Shown: one piece after another, positions 1 through 13,466 of the stretch
Position numbering within the stretch: the first letter of the stretch is position 1
How the letters are laid out: the number at the start of each line of letters is the position of its first letter
From: the human T2T-CHM13v2.0 reference genome, Homo sapiens
DNA length: 64,000 nucleotides
Assembly (NCBI RefSeq): GCF_009914755.1
Contig: NC_060931.1
Strand: one strand, 5' to 3'
Program-made: the position numbers and the translations under genes
The notes under the pieces: model-generated
Seen by the model: only the letters and a program-made list of their open reading frames with translations
What the model was told of the DNA's origin: nothing
The model's database searches: none

Positions 1-682
1 ACCTGTGCAATTAAAGCAGCTTGTCATATGATTTATGTATTCTATAATAATCTTTAATTCTACAGTTGGACACTTCCACACCTCTTTGTACTTTGTGCTC
101 CAAAGTTTTCTATATCAATGCAATATCAACACATAATCCTTTTCTATACATCAAATACTATCTACCCACTAAGATTTACTGCAGGTTCCCTTACCTTCTA
201 TCATGTTGTTTTGTATAGGGGAAAGATTGTAGTCTTAACAGATCTGGGTTTGGGTCCTGTGTTTGACATTAGGTAAGTTACTAAATTTCTGAGTTTTGAT
301 ATATTCATATGTAAAATTGCAAAGAATGCCACCTTTCAGAGATAACATAAAAGTTAGAGAGCTAACACATGTTTTCTGTAATGCAAACTGGAGTACCTGG
401 CAAATGCTAGGTGTTCAATAAATGGTAACTAATTATACCAGTCCCACTGATCACTCTTTACTTCTAGCACTTTGTGTCTACACATTCTTTTTAAGTTGGT
501 TTTCTCTATCTGACAGATTTATAAATTTCATAAAAGCTGGTACCAAGTCCTAGATATGCTGTGGTCCCTAAATACTGGTTTAGTGAATTGTGAATTGTAC
601 CTAGGATACGTAACACTATCTATGAGATTGAAGTTGTGAGGGCTATCTCTCTTTTCTTTAGGTTTCCTATTGTGATTTTATC

Positions 683-797
683 ATGGAAAATCAATTGGCT
701 AAATCAACTGAAGAACGAACATTTCAGTACCAGGATTCTCTTCCATCACTGCCTGTTCCTTCACTTGAAGAATCATTAAAAAAATACCTTGAATCAG
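683..797 (+). CDS. CROT: CROT coding exon 1 (exon begins 662, ATG 683): MENQLAKSTEERTFQYQDSLPSLPVPSLEESLKKYLES
   Basis: Acceptor ttttctttag at 661, donor CAG|gtatgt at 797; LPSLPVP motif of carnitine/choline acyltransferases. Confidence 0.97.
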
Positions 798-857
798 GTA
801 TGTTAATAATCTTTTAGTATATATTAATATTATTAGTAACTTAGAAAACTGTGATAC

Positions 858-1399
858 TGTTGCTGGAGAAGGGGTCTCGATCCAGACTCTAAGAGAGAGT
901 TAGAGTTCTTGGATCTCTTGCAGGAAGGAATTCAAGGTGAGTTGCAGAGTGCAGTGAGAAGAGACAGTTTATTGAAAGCTTCTCCATTATAGAGTAGGAC
1001 ATCCTCAGAAAGCAAGCAGACTGTCTTTAAGTTTTTCTTACATAGGGGTCTTATCGATGTAAAGACTAAGCTGTGCCTATGTGAGGGTGAGCAGACAGCA
1101 TGACAAAATTTATTATTCTGTTGATTTAAAGAAAACAATCCTTGACATTTTAGTGCATGAATACATCAAAGAATTATGTTAATCATCTCAAAAACATATA
1201 TTGTTATGGGTATTGAGACATCTGGACTTTCTACTGTTGTAGGAGTGTGTCATTGTAAGTATCTTTAGGTTGTTTCCTCAACTGTAAATATCTTATGACT
1301 GGGTCATGACTGGCAAGGAACGTGCCTTGCTAGTCTCAAGATGGAGCTGAATTTAAAATGGTGTTACTCTGGCTCTCCTGAGCTCCTGCTTCCCCAACA
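858..1399 (-). repeat. 3' LTR of provirus (MER41-like)
   Basis: Adjacent to PPT; minus-strand end AAGAAC..CTCTCTTAGAGTCTGGATCGAGACCCCTTCTCCAGCAACA resembles MER41/MER4-group LTR ends; AATAAA on minus at 968-973. Confidence 0.85.
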
Positions 1400-1419
1400 T
1401 TTCCCCCTCTACTTATGAG

Positions 1420-2640
1420 AGAACCCTTAACCTTAAGGGGAGATAAAGGGTGAAGGTTGTTCTTTTGTAACTCCTTCCTGGAGGCAGTAGATGTTGATGG
1501 TTGGGACAGGGTCTTCTCATAATAGTGTGCAGTGAGCCTCTTCAGGGAGTAAGGGAGCTCCTTGCTTGCATGATATCCCAATTGTTTCTAGAAAGTTAAT
1601 ATACTAGGTTAGTAAATAGAAAGGTGAAACAGCTGCTAAACTATTTTATCTTGCAACCCTATACAATAAACACAACAGAAATAAAAGCACAATAACTAAT
1701 AACAATGAATATTATAATACCAAGCATACTGAAAAGAAATGCTTTCCAAGTGCTGGAAAGCTCATGAAACTATGCTGTTATGGGGTCATAAGACCGGGAA
1801 TCCATAGCCAAAATACGAGTTTCTAGAGAACTCATGTCCTGGGATATATTATGGCAGTAATCAGGAACATAATATTCAGTTTTGTTCAAGACACAAGTTC
1901 CTCCCTTGGCTGCAGTTAAAGAATGTATAAAGCCATATGGTTTTGCAAGCCCACTGGTCTTATTTGGGAAGTTTCTCCTGTCAGAAGTGTGATAGCCTGA
2001 TGAGTGTCATTGAAAGCCGCACCAGTATGTTTTGCTAGAGCTTTTATTTGTAATTCAATGTCTATAGCTGCTGCTTGAAGAGAGAATATGGCCATAGGAT
2101 AAAACCACCAAGAAGCCTGTTTTGTCATCAACTATGGTGGGCCTTGACTATTTTTCAGTTGGTGAGGAAGGAATTTAGATGTATAACAATATGTCGTAGA
2201 AGGTAATGTTGACCCCTAGTACATTGTCCAGTCCAGTTGTAAGGTAGGTATAGCCAATTGTGAGACCCATGTGCCCATAACCATCCCCAAGGAGAAGGAT
2301 GAGCATGCAATCTTAGAGATTTATTTTGCCATTCTGTCCACTTTGATTAGTTAAGACCAGGGTCTGATTGCATTGTTGGGTGGCAACCACCCCATGTTGT
2401 AGGTTTCAGCCTGGAAGTGGCTGGTGTCATGTCTCTCAAGGCATAAGAGTACTTTACCTGTCACCTGAATTTGGGTAGCCATTAATCAACTAAGCCCATC
2501 AAAAATGGTATAGCCTAAAGTGGTGATGTTATTTAGTTATCTACAGAATAATTGAAAAAGGTGTTTTTTTTGTTTGTTTCAGTAGAGGAAGGGAAGGATA
2601 GTGGCTGGTGTCTTTTTGATATATTAGAAAAGGAAATATT
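1420..2640 (-). pseudogene. Degraded gamma-type env (TM subunit) remnant
   Basis: Minus-strand translation ...GLQNHMALYI/(frameshift)LTAAKGGTCVLNKTE resembles the CKS-17 immunosuppressive domain; hydrophobic segment after a degenerate cleavage site. Confidence 0.8.
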
Positions 2641-2950
2641 GGCTAGGTGTGGTAGCTCACACCTGTAATCCCAGCACTTTGGGAGACTGAGGCAGGTTGA
2701 TCACGGGATCAGGAGATCGAGACCATCCTGGCTAACACGGTGAAACCCCGTCTCTACTAAAAATGCAAAAAAATTAGCCAGGCGTGGTGGCGGGCCCTTG
2801 TAGTCCCAGCTACTCAGGAGCCTGAGACAGGAGAATGGCGTGAACCCGGGAGGCAGAGCTTGCAGTGAGCCACGATTGTGCCATTGCATTCCAGCCTGGA
2901 CAACAGAGCGAGACTCCATCTCAAAAAAAAAAAAAAAAAAAAAAAAGAAA
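2641..2950 (+). mobile_element. Alu (Y/Sc-like)
   Basis: Full dimer with long A tail; GAGATCGAGACCATCCTGGCTAACACGG diagnostic. Confidence 0.95.
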
Positions 2951-3299
2951 AGGAAAGGAAAGCATTTATCTCTTATAAACCATTCATTGGAATTGGAATG
3001 GCTTAAATTAGCCTATTTGATATGCCAAGGTAAGCCTGAGGTTGATGAAAGAGGTAATTCACTGCGTACCCAACAGTTTTTCTGGTTTAGAAGGGAGGCC
3101 GTAGTTTGTGCCCATTCTGTAAACAAATTAGCTCTAATATTATAATAGATCAAGTTTAATATTAAAACTAGTAATTTCATTTTGAGAGTAGTACTTATCC
3201 ACTGGATGGATTCTTTTTTTGAAGAGAAGCCACAGGATTCTTTATTGGCTCACAAGAGTGTGCTGGAACAGTGGTCACCACGTTGAATGCCTGTGGGAC

Positions 3300-3480
3300 T
3301 TTATGAGAGGCAGGTTTAATTTTGGATGAATGTACCCAAGTGTGTATTCCCTTACTCCACTAGAGGTACTTAGAAGCACTTGATAGGGTCCTCTCCACTT
3401 TGGAGAAAGTTGTCTATAGGAGGTCCTTCTTTCCAAGTCTTTAATATGACTAAGTCACCTGGTTGAACAGCAGAGTTATG
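3300..3480 (-). pseudogene. Integrase C-terminal (GPY/F module) remnant
   Basis: VQPGDLVILKTWKE...KWRGPYQVLLST...IHTWVHSSKIK across frameshifts. Confidence 0.75.
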
Positions 3481-4723
3481 AATATTTATGGAGGTGGTTC
3501 TGACACATGAATATTGAACAAACGTGCATGTAACATATGACTGTTTACCCTGCAATAGAGACTTAACCCTTGCCTTACGTGATCTTAGATTCTATTTATA
3601 ATTTGGTATTTTATTGCCATAAAGAGTCTGTTTTGTCAATCTTATGATTTCTATTTTAATGCTAAGCTAGTCAGTTGTGACTGAATTCCAAGAAGAGGAA
3701 AGATATGGCAAGTCATGTCCAATCTCCCTGCTTCCCCTCATGGCCTGAATTAGTTTTCAGGTGTTTTGGATGCCCTTTGGCCAAGAAGAGGGTCCATTTT
3801 GTTGGGAAAGGGCTTAGAACGTTTAAAAACTTATTTATTTTAGTTTATAGTTCCCCTTTTTTTTGTTAAGGTATGCCATCAATGGCCAAGCTCTTATTTT
3901 GTCCAGTATTGATGTCAGGGTGGTGTGCTACCTGCCCTGGATCCATCATGTCCCTTGGTGGGACCACTATGGCCAAGGGACTTAAACAAAAGACTTATGG
4001 CCAATTAAACTTTCTAGGCCAGATGGGAATGGAGGTGGGCAGGCACTCCTTAACCTTAAAACCCCTTTTAAGCAACATAAGAGCCAAAAGCCAAATGGCA
4101 CGGTTATAAAATTTGCTTATTTATAAATTCTATACATTAAGCTATTTTAATCTTGACTTGTAGCAATTAGCCATATAAAATACAACATTTTGTTCAGCTA
4201 TAGAGGCAGTTTGCCTGACCTTGATTTGGAGGGTCTGAATTGATTTTATTCCCCACAACAAGCCCTTACAATCTCATGTGGTAGTCTCTGGGCCTGGAAG
4301 GACTAAATAGTTTCAAATTATAGAGGAAAACAAAACATAAGGAATTAATGTTTTAAACAAAAATGTCATAAGCCCTACCTAGTTATGAGAATGACATGAA
4401 AAGAAGCCCATACGTAGCCAAATACTTAAATTATTTAATATCAAGGCATAGAAAATTATATTCAGATATAGGCAAAATTATTAAATGAATCTTAATGTTT
4501 TGAATACAGGCCTGTCCCTATGTCTCTGTCTGTAGGTCTCATGAAAATAGTTTACTTTGATTGTCCAGGTCTAAAGACAAGGCTTTGATTAGCTTCAGCT
4601 TGCTATCAGATACTGGCAGGAGTCAGTGCCTTCTTTAGATGAGCTATATGTACTCAGGAGTCAAAGCCCTGTAACTGTAAGGCACAAGGATTAGTTAATA
4701 GCACTTGATAAGGACCCTTTTAA

Positions 4724-5062
<339 letters not shown>

Positions 5063-5112
5063 CTTTAACTGATTCTTTTCTAGTATATATAATTATCAGG
5101 GTGGAGGTGGTA

Positions 5113-5537
5113 TGTGTTAGGCCATTTTTGCATTGATATAAAGAAATACCTGAGACTGGGTAATTTATTTTCAAAAAAGAAGTTTAATTGGCTCACAGTT
5201 CTGCAGGCTATACAGGAAGCATAGTGCTGGTATCTGCTTCTGGAAAGTCCTCAGGAACCTTACAATCATGGCAGAAGGTGAAGCAGGAGCAGGCACTTCA
5301 CATGGTGACAACAAGAGCAAGAAAGAGAGAGTGACAGTGAGGAAGAGGTGCCACACACTTTTAAACAACCAGATCTGGTGTGAATCAGAGTGAGGGCTCA
5401 CTTGTCACCAAGGGGACAGCCCAAGCCATTCTTGAGGGCTCTGCTCCCATGATCCAGCCACCTCCCACCAGGCCCCACCTCCAACACTGGGCGTTACATT
5501 TCAACATGAGATTTGGAGGGGACATCCAAACTATATT
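5113..5537. mobile_element. MaLR solo LTR (MST/THE1-like) nested in the ERV
   Basis: tgtgttaggccattttt...aagaaatacctgagactgggtaattt...ggggacatccaaactata hallmark sequence. Confidence 0.85.
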
Positions 5538-6715
5538 ATGGTGATAATGGAGTTCATGGTGTGACTAAAAGCTGTAAAAAGATTCTACAGTCTTGTAGTG
5601 ATTAATTTTTATAACTTTAATAAATCCCAGCAATAAGACTAAGTCAGAGACTTAATTTAGGATTTTGATTTTGAGGCTGTTTATTAAACATGTTAAAAGG
5701 CTGAAAACATTTGATCAAAACAGAAGCAGAGGTCATTGTAAAATAATAGTTACTCATTTAGCCAAAGTGATAATGAAAATGCTTTAGAAGCAATACAGAA
5801 GGTTACATGATGTAAAAACCTTAAGCCTTTTAAATCTTAGTTTTGGCAACCAAAAAAACCTAATAAAGACAGCATAGGAATTATACAATCTTGTTTCTTA
5901 AGACAGTTACCAAAAAGGCAAAGAAAAATTCTGCAGTGTGACTACTTCTGCTTATGGGAAGCCCATTTAGATAACCTGGACATCAAACCTGATGAAAAAA
6001 GTGCTTGGATTTGACTGGACCTAGGAAGAGTATATTCAAGGTTATGATTATAGCATAGGATTACCTCACTCTTAGGAACAGCATTAGTTTTTTGATTACA
6101 TTGACAATTTAGATGTATTTTAAAAGCCAAAAGTACAGAATCAAGTTATACTAGAGGTAAACATTGCTTTTCTAGACCTTCAAGATAAAATATTTTAGCA
6201 TTAGCTCATAACAACAGTAAAATTAGAACTGGAGAAAAAAAAAGTTGATGAGAAAGCTGAAGGAAAGAATTATCTCAGACCTCAAAAAAGCAAAAAGCAG
6301 TGAGACACAGTAAAAGCTGAACTTCTGGGATATGATTCTGAGACTTTTTAAAAGAAACAGTTTATAAAAGTAAAAGTAAAATTTCTTGTAATTTTATTAA
6401 GAGCAGATTAATACCATAAAAAAATCTTGTTTTAACATCGGGGACCAAAATTTAGAAAGACTTATTTATAAATGATTTTCTTTTCACTGTAACCAATTTA
6501 ATCACATACAAAATTCCTTTCATGAATTCCCCTTCACAAATCTTATCATGACTTACACAAACCGTCTATGACATGCTTGGACTTTCTGACTTGTTCTAAA
6601 CTTCTCTCTTTCCTAAATAATCAGTCATTTTACTTTAGGACAAAAATTTACCATACAAGATACTTTTTCATACAAAAGTATTCCCTTCTGTATAACCTTT
6701 CTTACCAAAAATATG

Positions 6716-7012
<297 letters not shown>

Positions 7013-7589
7013 AAAAGTACATTTTTATATTCATAACTTTCTTCACATCTCTCTCTCCCTACTTGTTCCTTTTTACCTTCTTTCATAGGTAAATTTTAAA
7101 TAAGCTCTAAATTATATAAAATTATTATTATTTTTCAACTTGGAGAATGTTCACTTCCCTCAATTGAGAGATGCTGAATTAAATAACCCAAAGAATGAAA
7201 ATCATCAAGACCAGAAAAAAATGACAGGTGTAAACTTCAGGGCATGCAAGCACAGGGCGACATGTGTCACTAGCGAGACACAGACAGCAAATAACAGCCG
7301 ATTAAGAAACAGTAGGTACTGACAAATACAACTCTGAGACTCAAATAGGTTATCCAACTCTGGGTGGGGCCTCTAACCTCAACCTGGGGAATATGAGTAT
7401 TCCTGTGTCTCCTGGGGCCTAGAAGGCTGAGTATATTGCAAAGTATATTGCAGAAAGGAAAAGGGACAACAAAGGGAATGGAAGAGACAACAAAGAGCAC
7501 TCACCTATACATGAATCCAAAAACTTAGGAAGCAAGAAACCTAGAACTATTTGTCAGATGTTAGCATTTTATAGATAAAATCATTCCAC

Positions 7590-7808
7590 AATTTTATTTT
7601 ATTTTATTTTTCTGAGATGAGATCTCACTGTTACCCAGGCTGGAGTGCAGTGGTGTAGTCACAGGTCACTGCAGCCTTGACCTCCCCAGCTCAGGTGATC
7701 CTCCAACCTCAGCCTCCTGAGTAGCTGAGACTGCAGGCAGGTGCCACCATGCCCTGCTAATTTTTGTATCTTTTGTAGAGATGGGGTTTCACCATGTTGC
7801 CCAGGCTG
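7590..7808 (-). mobile_element. Truncated Alu (J-like)
   Basis: Antisense right arm plus part of left arm. Confidence 0.9.
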
Positions 7809-8352
7809 CCAACATTTTAGAAACATGTTTCCCATATTATAAACATTTCTTAATTGGAAATGACCCAGATATCCAGTGAGTCATGCCAGGAAAGCCATAG
7901 ACCAAAATTTTGGGTAAAGTAGTCTTCATGAAAGTTTGAGGGTTTTTTATTTTTGTTTTTGTTTGTTTGTTTTGCCTTTTCACATTTTGTTTTTCAGTTT
8001 CAAATGAGTTTCTAACATGTACATTTCTTTTACAGTTCTGGTTGAACTGTACAAGAAAAACAAAATCTCTAAGTAACCTAAACATCAAGTTTTATTTCAA
8101 TACTAGTAGACTAATAATAACAGATTCAAATCAGGCAGAAAAGAAGAGAAAAATAGAGAGCTTTAGAAGACTCTGTTTAATTTCATAGTTGCAGGGCAAA
8201 AGTAACCACCAGAATGATAACAGGCTGAAGCTTCAGATAAGAGAATGAGACTCCAGGTTTCCACAGGGGGCAAGCAGATAAAGATTGCTGCCTGTTTTAA
8301 CATGGGGTGTAAAAGCATCTGAGTCCTGCAATGTTTAAGATATAGCAAGAAC

Positions 8353-8669
<317 letters not shown>

Positions 8670-9107
8670 TCAGGTTCCCCATGCTATCCTGAGACATGAC
8701 AAAGCAAACGAAAAGGTGACAGTCAGAAGGCAAGTGTGGAAAGTGAATGCAGTAAACCTCTGGGCTGGCCATAGGGGCCACTGTAAAGCTGCAGTAAAGC
8801 AAAGGCAACAAGTTGGGAAGTGATGAGAAGTATAGCTTTCCCATATCTGGCAAAGGGGACAAAGTGGATTAGTCCAAAGCATATACTGGCGTACATCTTG
8901 CAAGGCTACTTTAATTTTTATTATACCCCAGGGACTCTCACCCCATTGGGCTGGGACTCTAACCCAAATATTATACCCTAGAGACTCTAACCCCATTGGG
9001 CTAGAAATATTATCCTTGATAGGATGCCAAGACAGACCCCATTTATCAGAGGTGGCCAATTAGTGCTGTGCAGGCTGAATCTCCTCAGCATGGGATCTCA
9101 TCCTAAT

Positions 9108-9125
9108 GTCCCTTTGTAGTCACCA
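9108..9125 (-). promoter_or_regulatory. Retroviral primer-binding site, tRNA-Arg type (degenerate)
   Basis: Minus strand TGGTGACTACAAAGGGAC, 5 nt inside the 5' LTR; 3 differences from TGGCGACCACGAAGGGAC (Arg PBS as recalled for ERV9-type elements). Confidence 0.75.
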
Positions 9126-9203
9126 GAACATGCTACCAGATAAGGGGTCTTGATCCAGATGCTAAGAGAGGGTTCTTGGATCTCACGCGGGAAGGAATTC
9201 AAG
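9120..9203 (+). CDS. CROT: CROT alternative ERV-derived cassette exon (84 nt, +28 aa: VTRTCYQIRGLDPDAKRGFLDLTREGIQ)
   Basis: cctttgtag| acceptor, CAAG|gtgagt donor, phase 1-1, no stop; would give 640 aa, consistent with my recollection of a long CROT isoform. Confidence 0.8.
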
Positions 9204-9686
9204 GTGAGTTGCAGAGTGCAGTGAGAAGAGACAGCTTATTGAAAGCTACTCCATTGCGGAGTAGAGCGTCCTCAGAGGGCAAGCAAAGGAAGGCACCATC
9301 CTTATTTTAAGTTTTTCTTATATAGAGCCTTTATCTATGTAAAGACTAAACTAAGCTACGTCTACATGTGGGTGAGCAGACAACATGACACAATTTATTA
9401 TTCTATTGATTTAAATAAAACTATCCTTGACATTTTAGTGTGTAAATACATCCAAACATAACTGTAATTATCTTGAAAACATATATTGTTATGGGTATTG
9501 GGATACCTGGACTTTCTGCTGTTTAGGAGTGTGTCCTTGTAGGTATCTGTAGGCTGTTCACTCAACTGTAAATATCTTCTTAATGTGGGTCATGACCAGC
9601 AAGGAATTGTGCCTTGTTAGTCTCCAGATGGAGCTGAAATTAAAACGGCATTACTCTGGCTCTCCTAAGCTCCTGCTTCCTTAACA
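9131..9686 (-). repeat. 5' LTR of provirus (MER41-like)
   Basis: Colinear with 858-1399; adjacent to PBS; TATATAA on minus at 9318-9324. Confidence 0.85.
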
Positions 9687-9741
9687 ACACTGTTAGAAGT
9701 TGAAGGTTTAATTGCTTCTTTATCTAGACTTGTAATAAAGT

Positions 9742-10470
<729 letters not shown>

Positions 10471-10819
10471 ATGTCCTTAAAATATCCAACTTTTTTTCTC
10501 TCTTTATGTTAATTTTTCCAGAGTTTGAAAAGCCAGATAGTGTAAATAGGCTTGTGATGAAAAATGCAGTCCTTTGCCCATCTCCCTGGCTCCCTCCCGA
10601 CTTGCTAATCCCATTCTCTCAAGCAAGGATTTCCAAATCTTTTGTTTCTTTTCCGCCACTTTCATGTTGTCAACTCTTAATTTTATTGTTCTGCTCTGCT
10701 ATTTAATACAGTACTGTGTTTTACATATCTGAGTCTTAAGATTTGCATAAGTTAGTAATAATAGAGGTGAGTTGGTGGTACTTGGTCTAAATACCTTAAT
10801 ACGTATTTTTCCTTTCTAG

Positions 10820-10944
10820 TGAAACCATTTGCAAATCAAGAAGAATATAAGAAAACTGAAGAAATAGTTCAAAAATTTCAAAGTGGGATTGGAGAAAAAT
10901 TGCACCAGAAATTGCTTGAAAGAGCAAAAGGAAAAAGAAATTGG
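10820..10944 (+). CDS. CROT: CROT coding exon 2 (VKPFANQEEY...KRNW)
   Basis: tttctag| ... TGG|gtattt; frame continuous with exon 1. Confidence 0.97.
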
Positions 10945-11089
10945 GTATTTGTTGTTATAATTGAATAATGATGATGTTTAAAGAATGATAAATAAAAAGT
11001 GCATAGTTTTTATTTTTAAATTATTGCTGTAAAAATTTTTACAGTTATTATTGTTATTTTCATAATCCAAAAGAAGGAATGAATCACTT

Positions 11090-11260
11090 AACTTTGGGAG
11101 TTTTCAGTGGGTGGATTCGGGAACTTGTTAAAATGCAGATTTGCTGGGATAAGTGATTCTGATTCACATGGCTGGAATGAGGCCCAGAGATTCTTATTTT
11201 AACAATCACTTCATGTGGTTTGGCTGCAGGTAATCTGTAGACCATGCTGAAGGAAAACAT
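11090..11260. mobile_element. MER5-like hAT fragment
   Basis: gaacttgttaaaatgcagat / gattctgattca motifs. Confidence 0.5.
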
Positions 11261-11939
11261 TTTGTCCAGGTGACTAGCTTGAAAAATCAGAAACACTAAA
11301 ATAGACATGTCACATAGGTGGCATAGAAATATTTTCGTAGTACAATGGAGAAAGGGAATCATTAAAAATCAGAGTGGAGAATGGTTATGTATATTGTATA
11401 TTTCAGTTAGATAAATTGAGGAAGCTAGTATAATAATTATTGAAGGTCTCAATAATTTTCCACAAAATTCTTTAACTTCTTCAGCTCAACCATTTCTGTA
11501 CTTCTCTACTATGAATCAGAGGATGAGGTTGTATAATTCAAAAGCATTGCCTTAGTCTAGAAATAATTATTGTACCTATCATTTAGTTTTAGAAATAAAA
11601 AGCAAGCTGATTTTTTTTGATGAACCATTTATATCTGTGATGGAATAATAAAATTTCACACTTCCGGATTCCTTTGTTCTCAATTTTGAGCCTTGAGTTG
11701 TTTTAATTAAAGAGGGGTAAAGGTAAAGAAGTTGTTGTTTTATCTGTATCTTTTTTGTTTATGTCTCTTTCTGAATTACTAATTATAGTTTATAACATCA
11801 CTTTCTTCAAACAAGACTCCAGGTAATTTGATAAGATGTGCTTACTTATGCATGGAATTCAATTGCATATTGTGAAAGAGGGACACATAGAAAACAGTGT
11901 CTGTGAAAAATCTAAATTACTTTGAAGCCTACTGAAAAC

Positions 11940-12255
11940 TTTTATTTATTTGTTTTATTTATTTATTTTTTGGAGACAGAGTCTTGCTCTGTTGCCCAGG
12001 CTTAAGTGCAGTGGTGCAGTCTCGGCTCACTGCAACCTCTGCCTCCTGGGTTCAAGCTATTCTCATGCCTCAGTCTCCCATGCACCTGGAATTGCAGGTG
12101 CGCACCACCACACCCAACTGATTTTTGTATTTTTTGTAGAGATAGGGTTTTGCCATGTTGGCCAGGCTGGTCTCAAATTCCTGGCCTCAAGTGATCTGCC
12201 TGCCTCCGCCTCCCAAAGTGCTGGGATTACAGGTGTGAGCCACTATGCCCAGCCA
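11940..12255 (-). mobile_element. Alu
   Basis: Antisense dimer. Confidence 0.95.
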
Positions 12256-12581
12256 GTTTTTATATTTCTGATTTAGTATTGCAGTTTTTGTTTGGAAAAG
12301 GAAAATTGTTAATGCCTTAATAACTGTTATTATTAGGTAAGGATTTATTGATTATCTATTATGCCCCAAGTACTCTGAAGAAACACCTATGTACTTTATT
12401 GCATACTTGTGACTACAATACAATGATATTTCTGAAGGTATCTTTTGGTGCTTTCTTGATACTCGTTTTTGATAGTGTAGTTAAAACAAATAATACCTAA
12501 GATCCTATAGCTCCCCGCTGAAAAGAAATTATCACAATAACATTTCTCAATATCTATGATGATTTAAAACAAGAAAACATG

Positions 12582-12877
12582 TTTTTATTTATTTATTTTT
12601 GAGACAGGGTCTTTCTCTGTCACCAAGGCTGGAGTGCAGTGGTGCAATCATAGCTCACTGCAGCCTTGAACTCCTGGGCTCAGGTGGTCCTCCTGCCTCA
12701 GCCTCTTGAGTAGCTAAGACTACATGCAGGCCCAGCTAATTAATTTTTTTTTTTTTTGTAGAGACAGGGTCTTTCTATGTTGCCCAGGCTGGCCTCTAGG
12801 TCCTGGACTCAAGTGATCCTCCCACCTTGGCCTCCCAAAGTGCTGGGATTATAGGTGTGAGTCACCTCACCCAGCCA
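12582..12877 (-). mobile_element. Alu (J-like)
   Basis: Antisense dimer, TSD-like aaaacatgttttta on both sides. Confidence 0.93.
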
Positions 12878-13003
12878 AAAAACATGTTTTTAAATGTTGA
12901 AGAATAATTAAAGAACAAATATAGCTTGCTTTTTAAAATTCCCAGTAGTTACACATTCATGTATTATGAAGAACATTAAGCTGATGTTCTCAATTTCTTT
13001 TAG

Positions 13004-13185
13004 CTGGAAGAGTGGTGGCTGAATGTTGCCTATCTGGATGTTCGTATACCATCACAATTGAATGTCAACTTTGCGGGTCCTGCAGCTCATTTTGAACACT
13101 ACTGGCCTCCAAAGGAAGGGACTCAATTAGAAAGAGGAAGTATAACTCTTTGGCATAACTTGAACTACTGGCAGCTATTAAGAAA
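13004..13185 (+). CDS. CROT: CROT coding exon 3 (LEEWWLNVAYLDVRIP...)
   Basis: ttttag| ... AA|gtaagg; conserved NWLxxWW motif. Confidence 0.97.
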
Positions 13186-13341
13186 GTAAGGACACATGTG
13201 AATTTAGTGACAGGCTTACCTGAAGTCTCAGGTAGCAAAATGTTGAGAAGCTTAATTTACTTATTTGGGGATGAACACTTCAGTTGTGGCTGGTTTTTAA
13301 ATTTTATAATGACTTTTTGATCAAAATCCTTTTTTTAATAG

Positions 13342-13466
13342 AGAAAAAGTGCCTGTTCATAAAGTTGGAAATACTCCTCTAGATATGAATCAATTCCGAA
13401 TGCTATTTTCTACCTGCAAGGTTCCAGGAATTACTAGAGACTCCATTATGAATTATTTTAGGACTG
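13342..13466 (+). CDS. CROT: CROT coding exon 4 (EKVPVHKVGNTPLDMNQFRMLFSTCKVPG...)
   Basis: aatag| ... G|gtaagt; PLxMxQ motif. Confidence 0.97.

Noticed and set aside
1-661. CROT promoter or CpG island
   Set aside because: CpG-poor intronic sequence ending in a splice acceptor; the promoter lies upstream of the window
858-1399. MER41-type interferon-inducible (STAT1 GAS) enhancer
   Set aside because: I found no clear TTCCNGGAA motif in either LTR by eye, and the subfamily is uncertain
8670-9059. 129-aa minus-strand ORF in the ERV leader, longest in the track
   Set aside because: Starts at a non-ATG codon, shows no gag motif I can recognise, and its length is within chance
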